Counted from the stretch's first letter, positions 8,899-19,048 are shown. The stretch: 64,000 bases of DNA from Desulfobacteraceae bacterium (GCA_030593145.1 JAUVHU010000004.1:8548-72547), one strand, 5' to 3'. Numbers and translations are program-made. Notes: generated by a model not told the origin, from the sequence alone.

Positions 8899-8963
8899 CC
8901 CATTTGTCAAAAATGGCACTTGAAGTTTGGAACCACGAAAATTTTTAAAAGGAGGGTGTCATT
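8899..8963 (+). promoter_or_regulatory. Conserved csp 5' leader segment (copy 1)
   Basis: CCATTTGTCAAAAATGGCACTTGAAGTTTGGAACCA..AAAATTTTTAAAAGGAGG is nearly identical to 63575-63637, upstream of the second csp gene. Confidence 0.6.
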
Positions 8964-9164
8964 ATGGCTGAGGGAATCGTAAAATGGTTTAATGATCGCA
9001 AGGGCTTTGGCTTTATTCAGCAGGAAGATGAAACAGATGTATTTGTTCATCATTCAGGAATCAATGCAACCGGTTTTAAGACGCTGAACGAAGGCGACCG
9101 GGTTACTTTTGACGTAGAGCAAGGGGAAAAGGGTCCTTCTGCTGTAAATGTAACTGTCATTTAA
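8964..9164 (+). CDS. Cold-shock protein (CspA family)
   Basis: 66 aa; RNP1 KGFGFI and RNP2 VFVHHS motifs; strong RBS AAGGAGG. Confidence 0.95.
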   Translation: MAEGIVKWFNDRKGFGFIQQEDETDVFVHHSGINATGFKTLNEGDRVTFDVEQGEKGPSAVNVTVI

Positions 9165-9186
9165 CTCGTTGTTTTCAAAACAAAGC

Positions 9187-9220
9187 AGGGCATAGCTTAA
9201 GTGGTATGCCCTTTTTTGTT
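9187..9220 (+). terminator. Rho-independent terminator of csp copy 1
   Basis: AGGGCATA ... TATGCCCT stem followed by TTTTTTGTTT. Confidence 0.8.
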
Positions 9221-9252
9221 TCTGCCCATAGGAGCAAGGATGTGGGAAGCTG

Positions 9253-9489
9253 TTATTTGCTCTTGATCTCACCTTTCAGAAGTTTCTTTAAACCATCGAG
9301 AGTGCCCTTCCATACAGCATCTTCCCCTGCCATTATTGATACTATTATATTTTCTTCTACGCTAACCTCCAGGACAATCTCTTCGTCTCCAATCTTAAAT
9401 AAAGCTTCTCCCCATCGTTCTGCCGGAAGACCTGTAGCCTCACAATCATAATCTGTTCGGATTTCCCCAACCATTCTAATTTCACCCAT
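9253..9489 (-). CDS. Small hypothetical protein (78 aa)
   Basis: GGAGG RBS 5 nt before the ATG at 9489 (the track start at 9501 lies inside the RBS). It lies 20 nt downstream of the preceding gene, so it is probably co-transcribed. Confidence 0.55.
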   Translation of the reverse strand: MGEIRMVGEIRTDYDCEATGLPAERWGEALFKIGDEEIVLEVSVEENIIVSIMAGEDAVWKGTLDGLKKLLKGEIKSK

Positions 9490-9508
9490 GATTGCCTCCA
9501 ACTTTATG

Positions 9509-10579
9509 TTAAAAATTTATACTTCTCAAACGATCTGAAACTTCCCTCGTTAATCTGAGTACCTGTTTTGCATGATCAAAACTTAATGAGCCTGTGCCGC
9601 AACTCGGCGTTATCAGGGATTGTGTAAAAATTTTTGACTTATCTATGCCAAGCTTTTCGAGTTCACAGGCTTTGTCCTGCCATTTTGCTACCAGAGAATC
9701 TGTTGTTTCCTTTTCAATATCCAACGTACTTGAAGTCGGCACAATTCCCCAGGCAAGAATACGGCCGGAATTGATAAATTCCTTGATTTGATCAGGATAA
9801 AGAATAAATCTGTCAAAAAAAGAATATGCATCAAAGCTGACAATATCTACTGAAGATTGCAACACGAGAGACCAGTCGGCATTGGCGCATACATGTATTC
9901 CCGCAAGCCCGCCTTCGGAATGTACGGCTTTAATTACTTCTTCAAAACAGTTTGAAACTTCATTGTGTGATATGCTGATAAATGCAGATGAGCCAAAACC
10001 GGCAAGCGCCGGTTCATCAAAAAAAATTATGGCAGGTCGTCCGAATTTTGAAAGTTGTCTGACCTGCCATACGGCTTTTAGAGATAAAAGCTTTACTGCC
10101 GCATCCCTTAATTGCTCATTATAAAAAATTGCTTTTCCGTCCTGGTCGCAAACACCGGTTCCAAAGGTAATAGGACCGGTTATTTGTCCCTTGAGCGCAC
10201 AGGGAAGATCTGAGAGGCCGTCTAAGTGATTCATAAACTCAAAAAAACCCGTAGCCGTATCTTTTGTTATGGCAAATCTTGAAGATAAAAGATCTTTCTT
10301 TTGTTCGACTACCGAAAGGTAATCTTCATAAAACCTGAGAAGATCGTTATCAAAATTTTCACTTGAAGTGTTTATGAATGCCTTGTCTTTTTCGATTGTA
10401 AGACCGGGCATGCCTGGCAGAAATTGTGCGAGCATACCTTCTTCTTTATAAGCCGGCAACTGAACCCATAATGGGATTTCAGGAGTATATTTAAAAACAA
10501 GCTTTGTGGCTTCCGCATGGTTATCCATAGGAAGGCTTCCGATAAGAACAGGCAAGCAATCAGCTTGAAATTTATCCAT
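9509..10579 (-). CDS. Cobalamin-independent methionine synthase C-terminal-like / URO-D-like (TIM-barrel) family protein; specific function unknown
   Basis: 356-aa ORF whose overall look resembles MetE-C/uroporphyrinogen-decarboxylase-like proteins of anaerobes. This is recognition by eye only. Confidence 0.45.
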   Translation of the reverse strand: MDKFQADCLPVLIGSLPMDNHAEATKLVFKYTPEIPLWVQLPAYKEEGMLAQFLPGMPGLTIEKDKAFINTSSENFDNDLLRFYEDYLSVVEQKKDLLSSRFAITKDTATGFFEFMNHLDGLSDLPCALKGQITGPITFGTGVCDQDGKAIFYNEQLRDAAVKLLSLKAVWQVRQLSKFGRPAIIFFDEPALAGFGSSAFISISHNEVSNCFEEVIKAVHSEGGLAGIHVCANADWSLVLQSSVDIVSFDAYSFFDRFILYPDQIKEFINSGRILAWGIVPTSSTLDIEKETTDSLVAKWQDKACELEKLGIDKSKIFTQSLITPSCGTGSLSFDHAKQVLRLTREVSDRLRSINF

Positions 10580-10836
10580 AATAAAACAGATTCCTTTAAT
10601 GTTTTGAAACAGATTTTACTTAAATGACAGCTTCGTAAATTTCGTCACGAAACTGTGTTGCGTGCATCCCCAACTCCACTGACCTCCGACCACTGACCCC
10701 CGATTCACGATCTCTGATATCATGAGCAAGAGAATATTACAAGATATTGAACTGCAAAAGTAAGTGAATTCCCTGTTTTGCTTTTAATCGTAATAAAACA
10801 GTATTAACAATGAATTTGTCAGCAAGTTGTAAAATA

Positions 10837-10865
10837 TTGACACTTAATCAACCAGGTGTTATATT
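10837..10865 (+). promoter_or_regulatory. Sigma70-type promoter for tatA
   Basis: TTGACA (10837-10842), 17-nt spacer, TATATT (10860-10865); about 40 nt upstream of the tatA ATG. Confidence 0.6.
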
Positions 10866-10904
10866 TTATTAAAATTAACTATATATACGATATAGGAGGA
10901 TTAT

Positions 10905-11087
10905 ATGTTTGGAATTGGAATGCCTGAACTTATTATTATACTTGTTATTATTCTGATTATTTTTGGGGCTGGTAAACTTCCGGAAATAGGAGCAGGTATG
11001 GGTAAGGCAATAAGAAATTTCAAGGGCGTCACAGATGACAAAGAACCTAAAGAGACTGATAAGCTTGACCAGAATGATAAATCCTGA
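10905..11087 (+). CDS. tatA: Twin-arginine translocase subunit TatA/E
   Basis: 60 aa; N-terminal TM helix followed by [10 protein letters not shown] and an amphipathic helix; RBS AGGAGG. Confidence 0.9.
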   Translation: MFGIGMPELIIILVIILIIFGAGKLPEIGAGMGKAIRNFKGVTDDKEPKETDKLDQNDKS

Positions 11088-11177
11088 CCTTCCCTTATAG
11101 AAAGTTTCTTTTCATGCCGTTGACTGCTTTTTCACCAGAAAATATTATTATTGCCTTAATATATAAGAATTACATAT

Positions 11178-12452
11178 ATGACTATTTGGGATCGTAAGAA
11201 ACCTTCCTTTGGTTTTATTTCTACAAGATTTGCCGGATTAGACGGGGTGTCCCTTGAAACGGCTAAATGGGCAGATATGCTTACATCCAAAGGCTGCTCT
11301 GTATGTTTTATGGCAGGAATGCTGGATACAGATCCTGCAATCTCTTATCTTGCGCCCAAGGCATTTTTTGGACACGAAGAAATTATTAAAGTTCAGAACG
11401 CTATTTTTGTTGAAAAAAAACGCACTTCCGAAGTCAGCAAGAGAATTCAGGAGCTTAAGGAAGAGCTAAAGGCTGAAATTCAAAAATTTCATGAAAAATT
11501 TGGATTTGAAATTCTTGTTGTCCAAAATGCCCTGGCAATTCCTGTAAATATTCCTCTTGGCCTTGCTATCACTGAATTTATAATTGAGACGGAAATACCT
11601 ACCATTGCCCATCACCATGATTTTTTCTGGGAACGGGAAAGATTTTACACCCCTCTTGCAATAGATTACTTAAGGGCCGCATTTCCTCCGGTTCATCCTA
11701 AAATCCAGCATGTAGTGATTAATTCCATAGCAGGGCAAAAGTTTGGAAGTTATACAGGATCACCCTGGACGTTAATACCGAATGTGGTTGATTTTAAAGT
11801 TCTTCCACCTGAAATAGATGATTATAATTGTGACTTTAGAAAAGAGATCGGCATTGATGAAGACTCGCTTTTAGTGCTTCAACCAACAAGGGTTATTTCA
11901 AGAAAGGGAATCGAAACTGCTGCCGAACTGGTAAAAAGACTTGATCATCCAAAGGCCTTACTTGTGATATCTCACAAAGCCGGAGATGAAGGTCAGGATT
12001 ATTTAATGCGCATCGAAGAGTTTGTAAAATTAATCGGCGTTGATCTAAAGATAATTGCGGATAGAATCGGTTTGGAAAGAGGCTTTGATGAAAACGGTAA
12101 AAAAATATATACGTTATGGGATGTTTATCAACATGCCGATCTTGTGACTTATCCCTCTGCATATGAAGGTTACGGCAACGCCTTTGTTGAAGCTATCTAT
12201 TTCAGGAAACCTATCGTTATGAACAGGTATTCCATATTTGTAGCCGACATTGAGCCCAAGGGTTTTGAAGTTATCTCTTTTGACAACTATATAACTCAAC
12301 AAACCATAAATAAAATAAACGATCTTTTAAAAAATCCTGAGCGTATAACTCAAATGGCGGAAAATAACTACATGTTGGGATGGCGTTATCTTTCATTTGA
12401 AATGCTCGAAGAAAAAATTGAGCAGCTTTTAATTAACTATTACGGATCATAG
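11178..12452 (+). CDS. Glycosyltransferase (GT-B fold, family 1/4-like)
   Basis: 424 aa. The C-terminal half has the typical GT4 pattern (TYPSAYEGYGNAFVEA, an E-x7-E-like region). Confidence 0.6.
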   Translation: MTIWDRKKPSFGFISTRFAGLDGVSLETAKWADMLTSKGCSVCFMAGMLDTDPAISYLAPKAFFGHEEIIKVQNAIFVEKKRTSEVSKRIQELKEELKAEIQKFHEKFGFEILVVQNALAIPVNIPLGLAITEFIIETEIPTIAHHHDFFWERERFYTPLAIDYLRAAFPPVHPKIQHVVINSIAGQKFGSYTGSPWTLIPNVVDFKVLPPEIDDYNCDFRKEIGIDEDSLLVLQPTRVISRKGIETAAELVKRLDHPKALLVISHKAGDEGQDYLMRIEEFVKLIGVDLKIIADRIGLERGFDENGKKIYTLWDVYQHADLVTYPSAYEGYGNAFVEAIYFRKPIVMNRYSIFVADIEPKGFEVISFDNYITQQTINKINDLLKNPERITQMAENNYMLGWRYLSFEMLEEKIEQLLINYYGS

Positions 12453-12517
12453 CAAAATCATATCCGCCACAAGCCTTCACTGAGTCCTTAGCGCGCGAAT
12501 TTCCCACCCCTCTAATT

Positions 12518-13432
12518 CTATTCCTTCTTGTGGCGATTTATGCTCACAACCGGGCAGCTTGAACGTATGACAACCTGTTCCAGCGTACTTCCCAGAAGCG
12601 CTTTTTCTTGATCCTGATCCGTTTCTTTCGAATGGTGCGCCATAATAATAAGATCAGCGTCTTTTCCACGGGCGAATTTTATAATCTCCATGTACGGAAT
12701 GCCTTCCAATGTCTCAATCTGGTAGTTGTCGAAGTCTTCCATTCTATTTACATAGACATCCTTTATTTTTTCTTTTACTTCTCCGAGATTTTTTTCTATT
12801 TCATTTTGACTGCGGATTGCACTACCTGCTCGGGGGCTTACATCAAGTGCGTGAAAAAGATAAAGATTGGATCCAGATGTTTTGGCTACATTGTATGCAA
12901 AGAGAAAAGCCGCGTCTGACGCTTTTGAAAAGTCGGTTCCAAAGACAATATTGCTAAATTCCAGTTTCTCTTTTGGCACAGGCCTGGTGACGATCATCAC
13001 CGGGCAGCGGGCTTTCTGAGCAACATCCTGCATAGTACTCCCAAGTGTGCTTTTGTATTTCAAACCTTCTTTTTCATCTCTTGTGTGTGGCCCCATAATG
13101 ATAAGATCTATATCCTTTTTTCTTGCAAATCTCAGAATTTCGGTATGAGGCACGCCTGCTCGGGTTTCAATTACATAATCACCAAGTTTCGTTAACTTGT
13201 CGGCATAAGTTTTTTTTATTTCTTCTTTGACCTTGTCAACATGCGCCTGGTCGCAATATTTGGCTTCTCCTGTCTTAAAGTCCGTCACAGGCCCAAAGCC
13301 TCGTGAGGGAAACCCAAAGACGTAAAATATATAGAGATTTGAATTGTGTTTTCTTGCAATCTCAAAAGCCACATCTGAGGCATCATTACATAGAGCCGAT
13401 GAAGTTGTCGCAAATAAGATATTTTTAAACAT
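12518..13432 (-). CDS. Tandem universal stress protein (two UspA domains)
   Basis: Two repeats of the Usp pattern (ILFATT.., DLIIMGPH.., GSTMQDVAQKARCPVMIV and GSTLEQVVIRSSCPVVSI). Confidence 0.85.
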   Translation of the reverse strand: MFKNILFATTSSALCNDASDVAFEIARKHNSNLYIFYVFGFPSRGFGPVTDFKTGEAKYCDQAHVDKVKEEIKKTYADKLTKLGDYVIETRAGVPHTEILRFARKKDIDLIIMGPHTRDEKEGLKYKSTLGSTMQDVAQKARCPVMIVTRPVPKEKLEFSNIVFGTDFSKASDAAFLFAYNVAKTSGSNLYLFHALDVSPRAGSAIRSQNEIEKNLGEVKEKIKDVYVNRMEDFDNYQIETLEGIPYMEIIKFARGKDADLIIMAHHSKETDQDQEKALLGSTLEQVVIRSSCPVVSINRHKKE

Positions 13433-13468
13433 AGTTATCTCCTTTCCAAGGGTAAGTGTAACCGGATA

Positions 13469-13888
13469 TTATTGATTAATTTTAATCTGACGTTCAACCA
13501 TATCGGCAAGTGTTAAGGCTTCCATCTTATTGTTTATTGAATCTTGTATTTCTTTCCATATCTCACAGGTAACACACTTCTTAGTTCGTTCACATGTCTC
13601 AGGATTATCAACACAATCTACCGGAAATATTGATCCTTCTAAAGCATCGATAATATCACGCAGGTTAATCAGGTGAGCATCTTTGCTTAGTGTATATCCT
13701 CCACCAGCTCCACGAATACTTCTGACGAGGCCCGCCAGTTTCAACAGCGGGATTAATTGCTCCATGTATTTAATAGAAATATGCTGTCTTTGAGCCAAAC
13801 TCTTCAATGAAACAGGCCCTTTTTCGTAATTTATAGCTATGTCCAGCATAGCCCTGGTGCCATAACGTGCTTTAGTTGATAACCTCAT
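13469..13888 (-). CDS. Rrf2-family transcriptional regulator
   Basis: N-terminal MRLSTKARYGTRAMLDIA winged-helix signature; C-terminal cysteines (CVDNPETC..C..C) are compatible with Fe-S binding. Confidence 0.85.
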   Translation of the reverse strand: MRLSTKARYGTRAMLDIAINYEKGPVSLKSLAQRQHISIKYMEQLIPLLKLAGLVRSIRGAGGGYTLSKDAHLINLRDIIDALEGSIFPVDCVDNPETCERTKKCVTCEIWKEIQDSINNKMEALTLADMVERQIKINQ

Positions 13889-13990
13889 TTAGATTTACTC
13901 CTTGTTGCTTTTTTTCTAAACGTAATACATTTAAAAATAGCAAGCTTCGCAGCTTCTCGTCAAGGTTAAATCTAAGGGGCAGGGGGCTTG

Positions 13991-14377
13991 TTATTTTTCC
14001 CTGGGATGACACTCACCGCATGTAAGCGGGCCTTTGCCTTCCTTTGTATGACATCCCTTGCAATTAGCGTGAAATGCTCTCATTGCGGGCAGTTTTTTGT
14101 CATGTGTTTCAAGGGTATGGCATGTGGTACAGACTGTTTCTTCAGAGTCATCCCAGACATTTTCGCCATCTTTGTATATATGATGACATTCCAGACAATC
14201 GATTTCTGCTTTATCAGTATGAAGTGCATGTGGGAAAAGAGCAGCAGGTCTCTCACGTTCTACAAAAATATCATGCTCCAGGCTTATGATGTCATCTTGA
14301 GCATATGCAACGCCAAGAATAAAAAGAGCTGCCAAACCCACTATTGCTATATATAATACTGTCTTATTTTTTTTCAT
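13991..14377 (-). CDS. Periplasmic tetraheme cytochrome c3-family protein (TmcA-like)
   Basis: Signal peptide MKKNKTVLYIAIVGLAALFILGVAYA. Four CxxCH motifs (CLECH, CTTCH, CKGCH, CGECH). A GAGG RBS precedes the ATG at 14377. Confidence 0.85.
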   Translation of the reverse strand: MKKNKTVLYIAIVGLAALFILGVAYAQDDIISLEHDIFVERERPAALFPHALHTDKAEIDCLECHHIYKDGENVWDDSEETVCTTCHTLETHDKKLPAMRAFHANCKGCHTKEGKGPLTCGECHPREK

Positions 14378-14416
14378 TCCAATTCGCCTCAATTTTTTTT
14401 ATTGCCAACACAATGG

Positions 14417-15823
14417 TTACTCTTCTTCTTTTGGTTTTATATGATCCGGTATAATCACCATATCGAGAAGAATGGGTTTCAGGAAACTCCACTTGATTCC
14501 GATCTCGTAAACTTCTTCCAGGTCTCTGATTGCATCCCAGCAATTATGGCATGCGGAAACCACAAATTTTGCTCCGGTGGCCAGAATTTGATCACGCTTG
14601 ACTTTCAGGCCTATATTTCTTTGTTCCCTATAACGTCCAATACCGTTAAGTCCGCCGCCGCCGCCGCAACAGAAATTGTGTTCACGGTTCGGGCTCATTT
14701 CACGGAAATCCTCTGCTATATATGACATGATTTTTCTTGTAACATCACACAAACCGCCATTTCTGATATAATTACACGGATCCTGAAGCGTTACAGGCTC
14801 CTTGATTTTTTTGGCTGGATCCAGCTTAAGCTTTCCTGTTTCCAGCGCTTCTAAGACCCATTCAACATAATGTATTGAAGGCGATGGTGTTTGACCGGTC
14901 TTGATCCCGGCCCAATAAGGCCCTTCTATAATTGTTGCCCGGTGTGCGTGGCCGCATTCAGTAACAACCATTCTGTTCGGTTTCAGCCTGTTCATTGCTT
15001 CATAGACCCATTCCACCTGATTCTTGCAGCCTGCCCAGTCACCGGCAAACATTGACAGACTGGTTTCTTCCCAACCCTTGCTGGGAACAGTCCAGTTTTC
15101 ACCGGCGATGTGAAACAAAATTGCTGCTTCCGCAATATCCTGTGGATAATGTTTTACTTCCCGCGCATTTATCGTATACATAATATCTGCATTAGGCTTA
15201 TCAACAGGAATGGTTAGTCCAAGATAATAGTCCTCATTTTCTTCTGCCATCCACTCACAGGTTTCAACAAAATCCGTCACAGTAACATCCATCTGAGCAT
15301 TATATATCCAGTGCATTCCTGATCCGATTTTCATTTCATGAGGCACAAAACCCTGAGAAAAACATACACCTCTCAGGTAGCCGAACATGACCCCCATATC
15401 AATGCCATGAGGGCAGTACATTCCGCAGCGATTGCAGCAGGTGCACTTTCCCCATGCCGTATCCATGCAATTTATCATGAAATCAGTATCTACATCCCCT
15501 TTTCTTTTTACCAATTCACCAAGTGTGGATTGTATTTTATAAGAGGGAATCTGCTTTGGATCATTATCATTTGCGAGATAAAAGAAACAGGTATCAGCGC
15601 ACAAACTGCAATGAGCGCAAATCTCAAGCCAAGTGCGAATACGGGATTTGCAGGTAGTAGCCAGATTTTTTTTCAAAGCTTCTTTATCAACAGGAAATGT
15701 TTTCATGTCCTCGTAATACCGAATTCCTTTGTCTGCCAATAAGAGATCGAGTTCCTCTTTGGTCTTTACAGGTTTTCTTGTAACAAGAGGTGGTAGATCC
15801 TGGTTTTTTGCTTCTTGTGCCAT
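14417..15823 (-). CDS. HdrD/DsrK/TmcB-like iron-sulfur oxidoreductase with CCG domains
   Basis: Two 4Fe-4S motifs ([23 protein letters not shown]) and the C-terminal CCG signature FCCGGGGG; 468 aa. Confidence 0.85.
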   Translation of the reverse strand: MAQEAKNQDLPPLVTRKPVKTKEELDLLLADKGIRYYEDMKTFPVDKEALKKNLATTCKSRIRTWLEICAHCSLCADTCFFYLANDNDPKQIPSYKIQSTLGELVKRKGDVDTDFMINCMDTAWGKCTCCNRCGMYCPHGIDMGVMFGYLRGVCFSQGFVPHEMKIGSGMHWIYNAQMDVTVTDFVETCEWMAEENEDYYLGLTIPVDKPNADIMYTINAREVKHYPQDIAEAAILFHIAGENWTVPSKGWEETSLSMFAGDWAGCKNQVEWVYEAMNRLKPNRMVVTECGHAHRATIIEGPYWAGIKTGQTPSPSIHYVEWVLEALETGKLKLDPAKKIKEPVTLQDPCNYIRNGGLCDVTRKIMSYIAEDFREMSPNREHNFCCGGGGGLNGIGRYREQRNIGLKVKRDQILATGAKFVVSACHNCWDAIRDLEEVYEIGIKWSFLKPILLDMVIIPDHIKPKEEE

Positions 15824-15875
15824 ATTTATCTCTCCAGTATGAAATTATTATTAATAATTCGTTATAAAACCACCA

Positions 15876-16559
15876 TTACCAAGCAATTCCCCTGCCTTTT
15901 GCGCCGCCTCTCTTTATCCCGTAATCCATTCCAATCTGAATTCTGGAACAAAAGGAAAGAACGAAATGCGAAAGTTTTGTAAAAGGAATGGCTATCAGCA
16001 TAATTTCGCCGCAGAGGATATGTATAATTAACCAGGTTTTGTATCCTGCCCCCAATTCTAATTGATGATAGGCAATATAGCCTGTGATAAAAGGCGCTAT
16101 TGCAATAGCCAGAACAATATAATCCGATGCAGTTGTTAAAATCCTGACATTGGGGTCAACCAGACGACGAATTAAAAAGAAGATTCCTGCGGCAATTACT
16201 ACTAAGGTCATATAGTCTGTTAGCTTATCAGGTATGGTAATCCAGCTTATGTTCCACGATTCTTCTATCAGCACGACATGAGCGAGTAGAAAAATCGGAG
16301 CCGCGACAAGGCATATATGGAAGAGATAAGTTACGGCCATAAATATCGGATGCTTTGCGGTTGTGCGATTGAGTGGTAACAGCCAATAAAAAAGAGATTT
16401 TACAGCTCCCTTAATCCCGTCGCCAAGCTTTTCGGTATAGGCCACTCTATCGAGCCGCCAGTCAAGACCTTTTACATACCAAACGATTCTGGCGATAATT
16501 CCGACAAAAAAGACAGCAAATGAAATTAAGGCCAATGGTCCACTTACAAATTCATACAT
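15876..16559 (-). CDS. NarI/DsrM/TmcC-like membrane cytochrome b subunit
   Basis: Multi-TM protein with conserved His residues. A GGAGG RBS 5 nt before the ATG at 16559 favours MYEFVSG as the start over the GTG at 16598. Confidence 0.75.
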   Translation of the reverse strand: MYEFVSGPLALISFAVFFVGIIARIVWYVKGLDWRLDRVAYTEKLGDGIKGAVKSLFYWLLPLNRTTAKHPIFMAVTYLFHICLVAAPIFLLAHVVLIEESWNISWITIPDKLTDYMTLVVIAAGIFFLIRRLVDPNVRILTTASDYIVLAIAIAPFITGYIAYHQLELGAGYKTWLIIHILCGEIMLIAIPFTKLSHFVLSFCSRIQIGMDYGIKRGGAKGRGIAW

Positions 16560-16590
16560 AGTTCCCTCCCCAATAAAAAAACGTAATAGC

Positions 16591-16632
16591 TCAGCCACAA
16601 AGCCACTAAGACACCAAGATTATAATATAATG
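16591..16632. repeat. CAGCCAC/ATTATAATCTTGGTG-family repeat (inverted copy)
   Basis: TCAGCCACAAAGCCACTAAGACACCAAGATTATAATATAATG is the reverse complement of the motif found at 51338-51373 and 54188-54232. Confidence 0.7.
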
Positions 16633-16842
16633 CTTAATGTACAGTATATGCCGTATCTGCAACTTTTTTCTCTTTTTGATAACGCTTTCATAAAAAACCT
16701 ACTTATTACATAGGAATACTTATTATTTGATAATAAAGGGCTTTGTCAAGCAAATTTTCATTTATTCATCATTCAGGAAAACCCTAATTTTGCACAAAGT
16801 TGCAAAGAAAATTTATGCGTTTTTGCGCGAACTTTTTTTTGA

Positions 16843-16871
16843 TTGACAAGTGAAGTTTGCTTGGTTATATT
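16843..16871 (+). promoter_or_regulatory. Sigma70-type promoter for the PxxKW gene
   Basis: TTGACA (16843-16848), 17-nt spacer, TATATT (16866-16871). Confidence 0.55.
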
Positions 16872-16976
16872 TCATAAGTTTTGGTCACTATTTTATGTTT
16901 TATAAAAGTTTGGCTTGGATTAAACCCAGGCCTTTTTTTTTGATTAAACCAATATTTTGGAAAGGAGGTGATTCCA

Positions 16977-17255
16977 ATGGTTTGTACAACGATAAAAAAA
17001 GATGTTGAGTGTCCTTTTATGTCAACTAAAGGATGTATATATAACGGCGGGATTTGCCATGAGATTGTTGAGCAGTGCAATGGCTGTAATCGCAGCGCCG
17101 AGTTTTCATCCAAATGGTACTGTACAGCATATCCTGCTCCTTTATTGAAGTGGAAAAACGGGAACTGCAACTTTGCGTCTCATGTAAAAAGCGCTTCTAC
17201 TGGGTCAAAAGTGAAAATCAATCCCCTTAAGGCATCTAAAAGAGGGAATAGGTAA
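16977..17255 (+). CDS. Small cysteine-rich protein with a PxxKW motif
   Basis: 92 aa, 9 Cys, motif PLLKWKNGNC. AAGGAGG RBS before the ATG at 16977. A strong terminator follows. Confidence 0.75.
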   Translation: MVCTTIKKDVECPFMSTKGCIYNGGICHEIVEQCNGCNRSAEFSSKWYCTAYPAPLLKWKNGNCNFASHVKSASTGSKVKINPLKASKRGNR

Positions 17256-17283
17256 TAATGATTTTTTAGACAAGCTCTTGGCG

Positions 17284-17318
17284 AATCCCGCTCAGATATA
17301 CTGAGCGGGATTTTTTTT
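17284..17318 (+). terminator. Rho-independent terminator
   Basis: AATCCCGCTCAG-ATATA-CTGAGCGGGATT followed by T8. Confidence 0.9.
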
Positions 17319-17348
17319 AGGTCATTCGCTAACCTGTAACAGACTCCC

Positions 17349-17492
17349 AGAGACCTTTGCAAAACGTCCTCTTTTGCCCAATCTCAGCGTCAGGCTCAAA
17401 TTTTAATCCTCGAAATATTCAATATATTACTCCGGTTAAAATTTTCGCCTTCCTTGAACTTGAGCAAAATTGAACATTTTTCAAAGGTCTCT
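17349..17492. repeat. Long imperfect palindrome (AGAGACCTTTGCAAAAC type)
   Basis: Left arm AGAGACCTTTGCAAAACG...GGCTCAAATTTTAATC against right arm GGTTAAAATTTTCGCC...TTTTTCAAAGGTCTCT. The CCTTTGCAAAAC word recurs at 8781 and, more loosely, at 43592. Confidence 0.7.
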
Positions 17493-17640
17493 TCCATCCC
17501 CTGTTTTTCAGCTTCTTTTCCCTTGACATTCTTCTCATCTAAACAGTAAAAAATAGTGTTTATATTCTTGTGAAAAGTCGGTTATATTTTTTACGAATTC
17601 ATCAATTATAGTTCTAATAAAAGTCATTTAGGAGATTAAT

Positions 17641-18954
17641 ATGAATCCTATTGCAAAGCAGCTCAACAACACAATTGAGACGGGCAATCCATTTCTCATG
17701 GAAATGTTGTCCGATATAGGGAAAAACCTCTTTTTTCCTAAGGGAATATTAAGCCAGAGCGCTGAAGCAAAAAAGAAGGCTCATAAATTAAACGCGACAA
17801 TAGGTATTGCTACCGAGCAGGGTAAGACCATGCGTCTTTCTTCGGTTATGGATGCGATAAACGACATCAGGGCAAAAGAGTCATTAACCTATGCGCCCTC
17901 TTATGGAATTCCTGTTTTAAGAAAGATCTGGCAGGATTCCATGTTTGAAAAAAACCCTTCTCTTACAGGTAAAAAGATAAGTCTTCCTGTTGTTGCATGC
18001 GGCATAACGCATGCGGTCAGCGTGTTCGCAGATATCTGGATAGATCCTGGTGATGTAATCATAATGCCGGATATGATGTGGGGGAATTATAATCTTATTT
18101 TGAATGTCAGAAAAGGTGGAATAATCAGCCAGTATACAATGTTTTCAGAAAAAGGAGGGTTTAATCTTCCTGCCTTTGAGGAAAAGGTTGTCAATGAGGC
18201 AAAAAATCGTGATAAAATTACAGTGCTGCTCAATTTTCCGCACAACCCCAGCGGCTATACTGTTACTGAAAAAGAAGGGTCAGCAATCGCAAAGATTTTA
18301 ACTGATGTGGCCGAAAAAGGTACAAACGTAATTGTTGTTGCCGATGATGCCTATTTTGGGCTTTTTTATGAAGATAATGCCATAAAAGAATCTCTTTTTA
18401 CGCGTTTTTGCTCCACGCACCCAAGGCTGCTTGCTGTTAAGCTGGATGGCGCCACAAAGGAAAATTATGTATGGGGTTTACGCGTCGGTTTTATTACATA
18501 CGGATGCAAGGTCGCGGGAGATTCGGAGCCTGTATATAACGCGCTTGAGAAGAAGACAGCAGGATGCGTTAGAGGTTCCATATCCAATGCTTCTCATCTT
18601 GGCCAGAGCATTATATTGAAGTCTATGCAGGACCAAAGATACCATGCAGAGAAAAAAGAAAAATATGAGATACTTAAAAGCAGGGCAAAGTGTGTAAAAG
18701 AAACCCTTTCAGATCCAAGATACAAAGATGCCTGGGATGTTTATCCGTTTAATTCAGGCTATTTTATGTGCATTAAGCTCAAAACCGTAGATGCTGAAAC
18801 ACTTCGTCTTCACCTGCTCGAAAAATACGGAGTCGGGCTTATTTCCATAGGAAAGGAAAATTTAAGAGTAGCCTTTTCCTGCTTGGAGGAAAGCGATATC
18901 AAGGAATTGTTTGATATTGTTTTGCAAGGGGTTGAAGATCTGATGGCGTCGTAA
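17641..18954 (+). CDS. PLP-dependent aminotransferase, class I/II
   Basis: 437 aa; NFPHNPSGY motif, and a candidate PLP-binding Lys in DGATKE. Confidence 0.8.
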   Translation: MNPIAKQLNNTIETGNPFLMEMLSDIGKNLFFPKGILSQSAEAKKKAHKLNATIGIATEQGKTMRLSSVMDAINDIRAKESLTYAPSYGIPVLRKIWQDSMFEKNPSLTGKKISLPVVACGITHAVSVFADIWIDPGDVIIMPDMMWGNYNLILNVRKGGIISQYTMFSEKGGFNLPAFEEKVVNEAKNRDKITVLLNFPHNPSGYTVTEKEGSAIAKILTDVAEKGTNVIVVADDAYFGLFYEDNAIKESLFTRFCSTHPRLLAVKLDGATKENYVWGLRVGFITYGCKVAGDSEPVYNALEKKTAGCVRGSISNASHLGQSIILKSMQDQRYHAEKKEKYEILKSRAKCVKETLSDPRYKDAWDVYPFNSGYFMCIKLKTVDAETLRLHLLEKYGVGLISIGKENLRVAFSCLEESDIKELFDIVLQGVEDLMAS

Positions 18955-19048
18955 AAAGCTATGTTATGCCGCTTCACGGCGCTGTAAGCGAAAACAACTT
19001 GTCAATCATAGCATGATGGTATGGTCGTAAGATCAAGGAACAAATTAA

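Noticed and set aside
16865-17170. 101-aa minus-strand ORF overlapping the PxxKW gene
   Set aside because: The plus-strand gene has an RBS, a promoter, a terminator and a recognisable motif. The antisense ORF has none of these.
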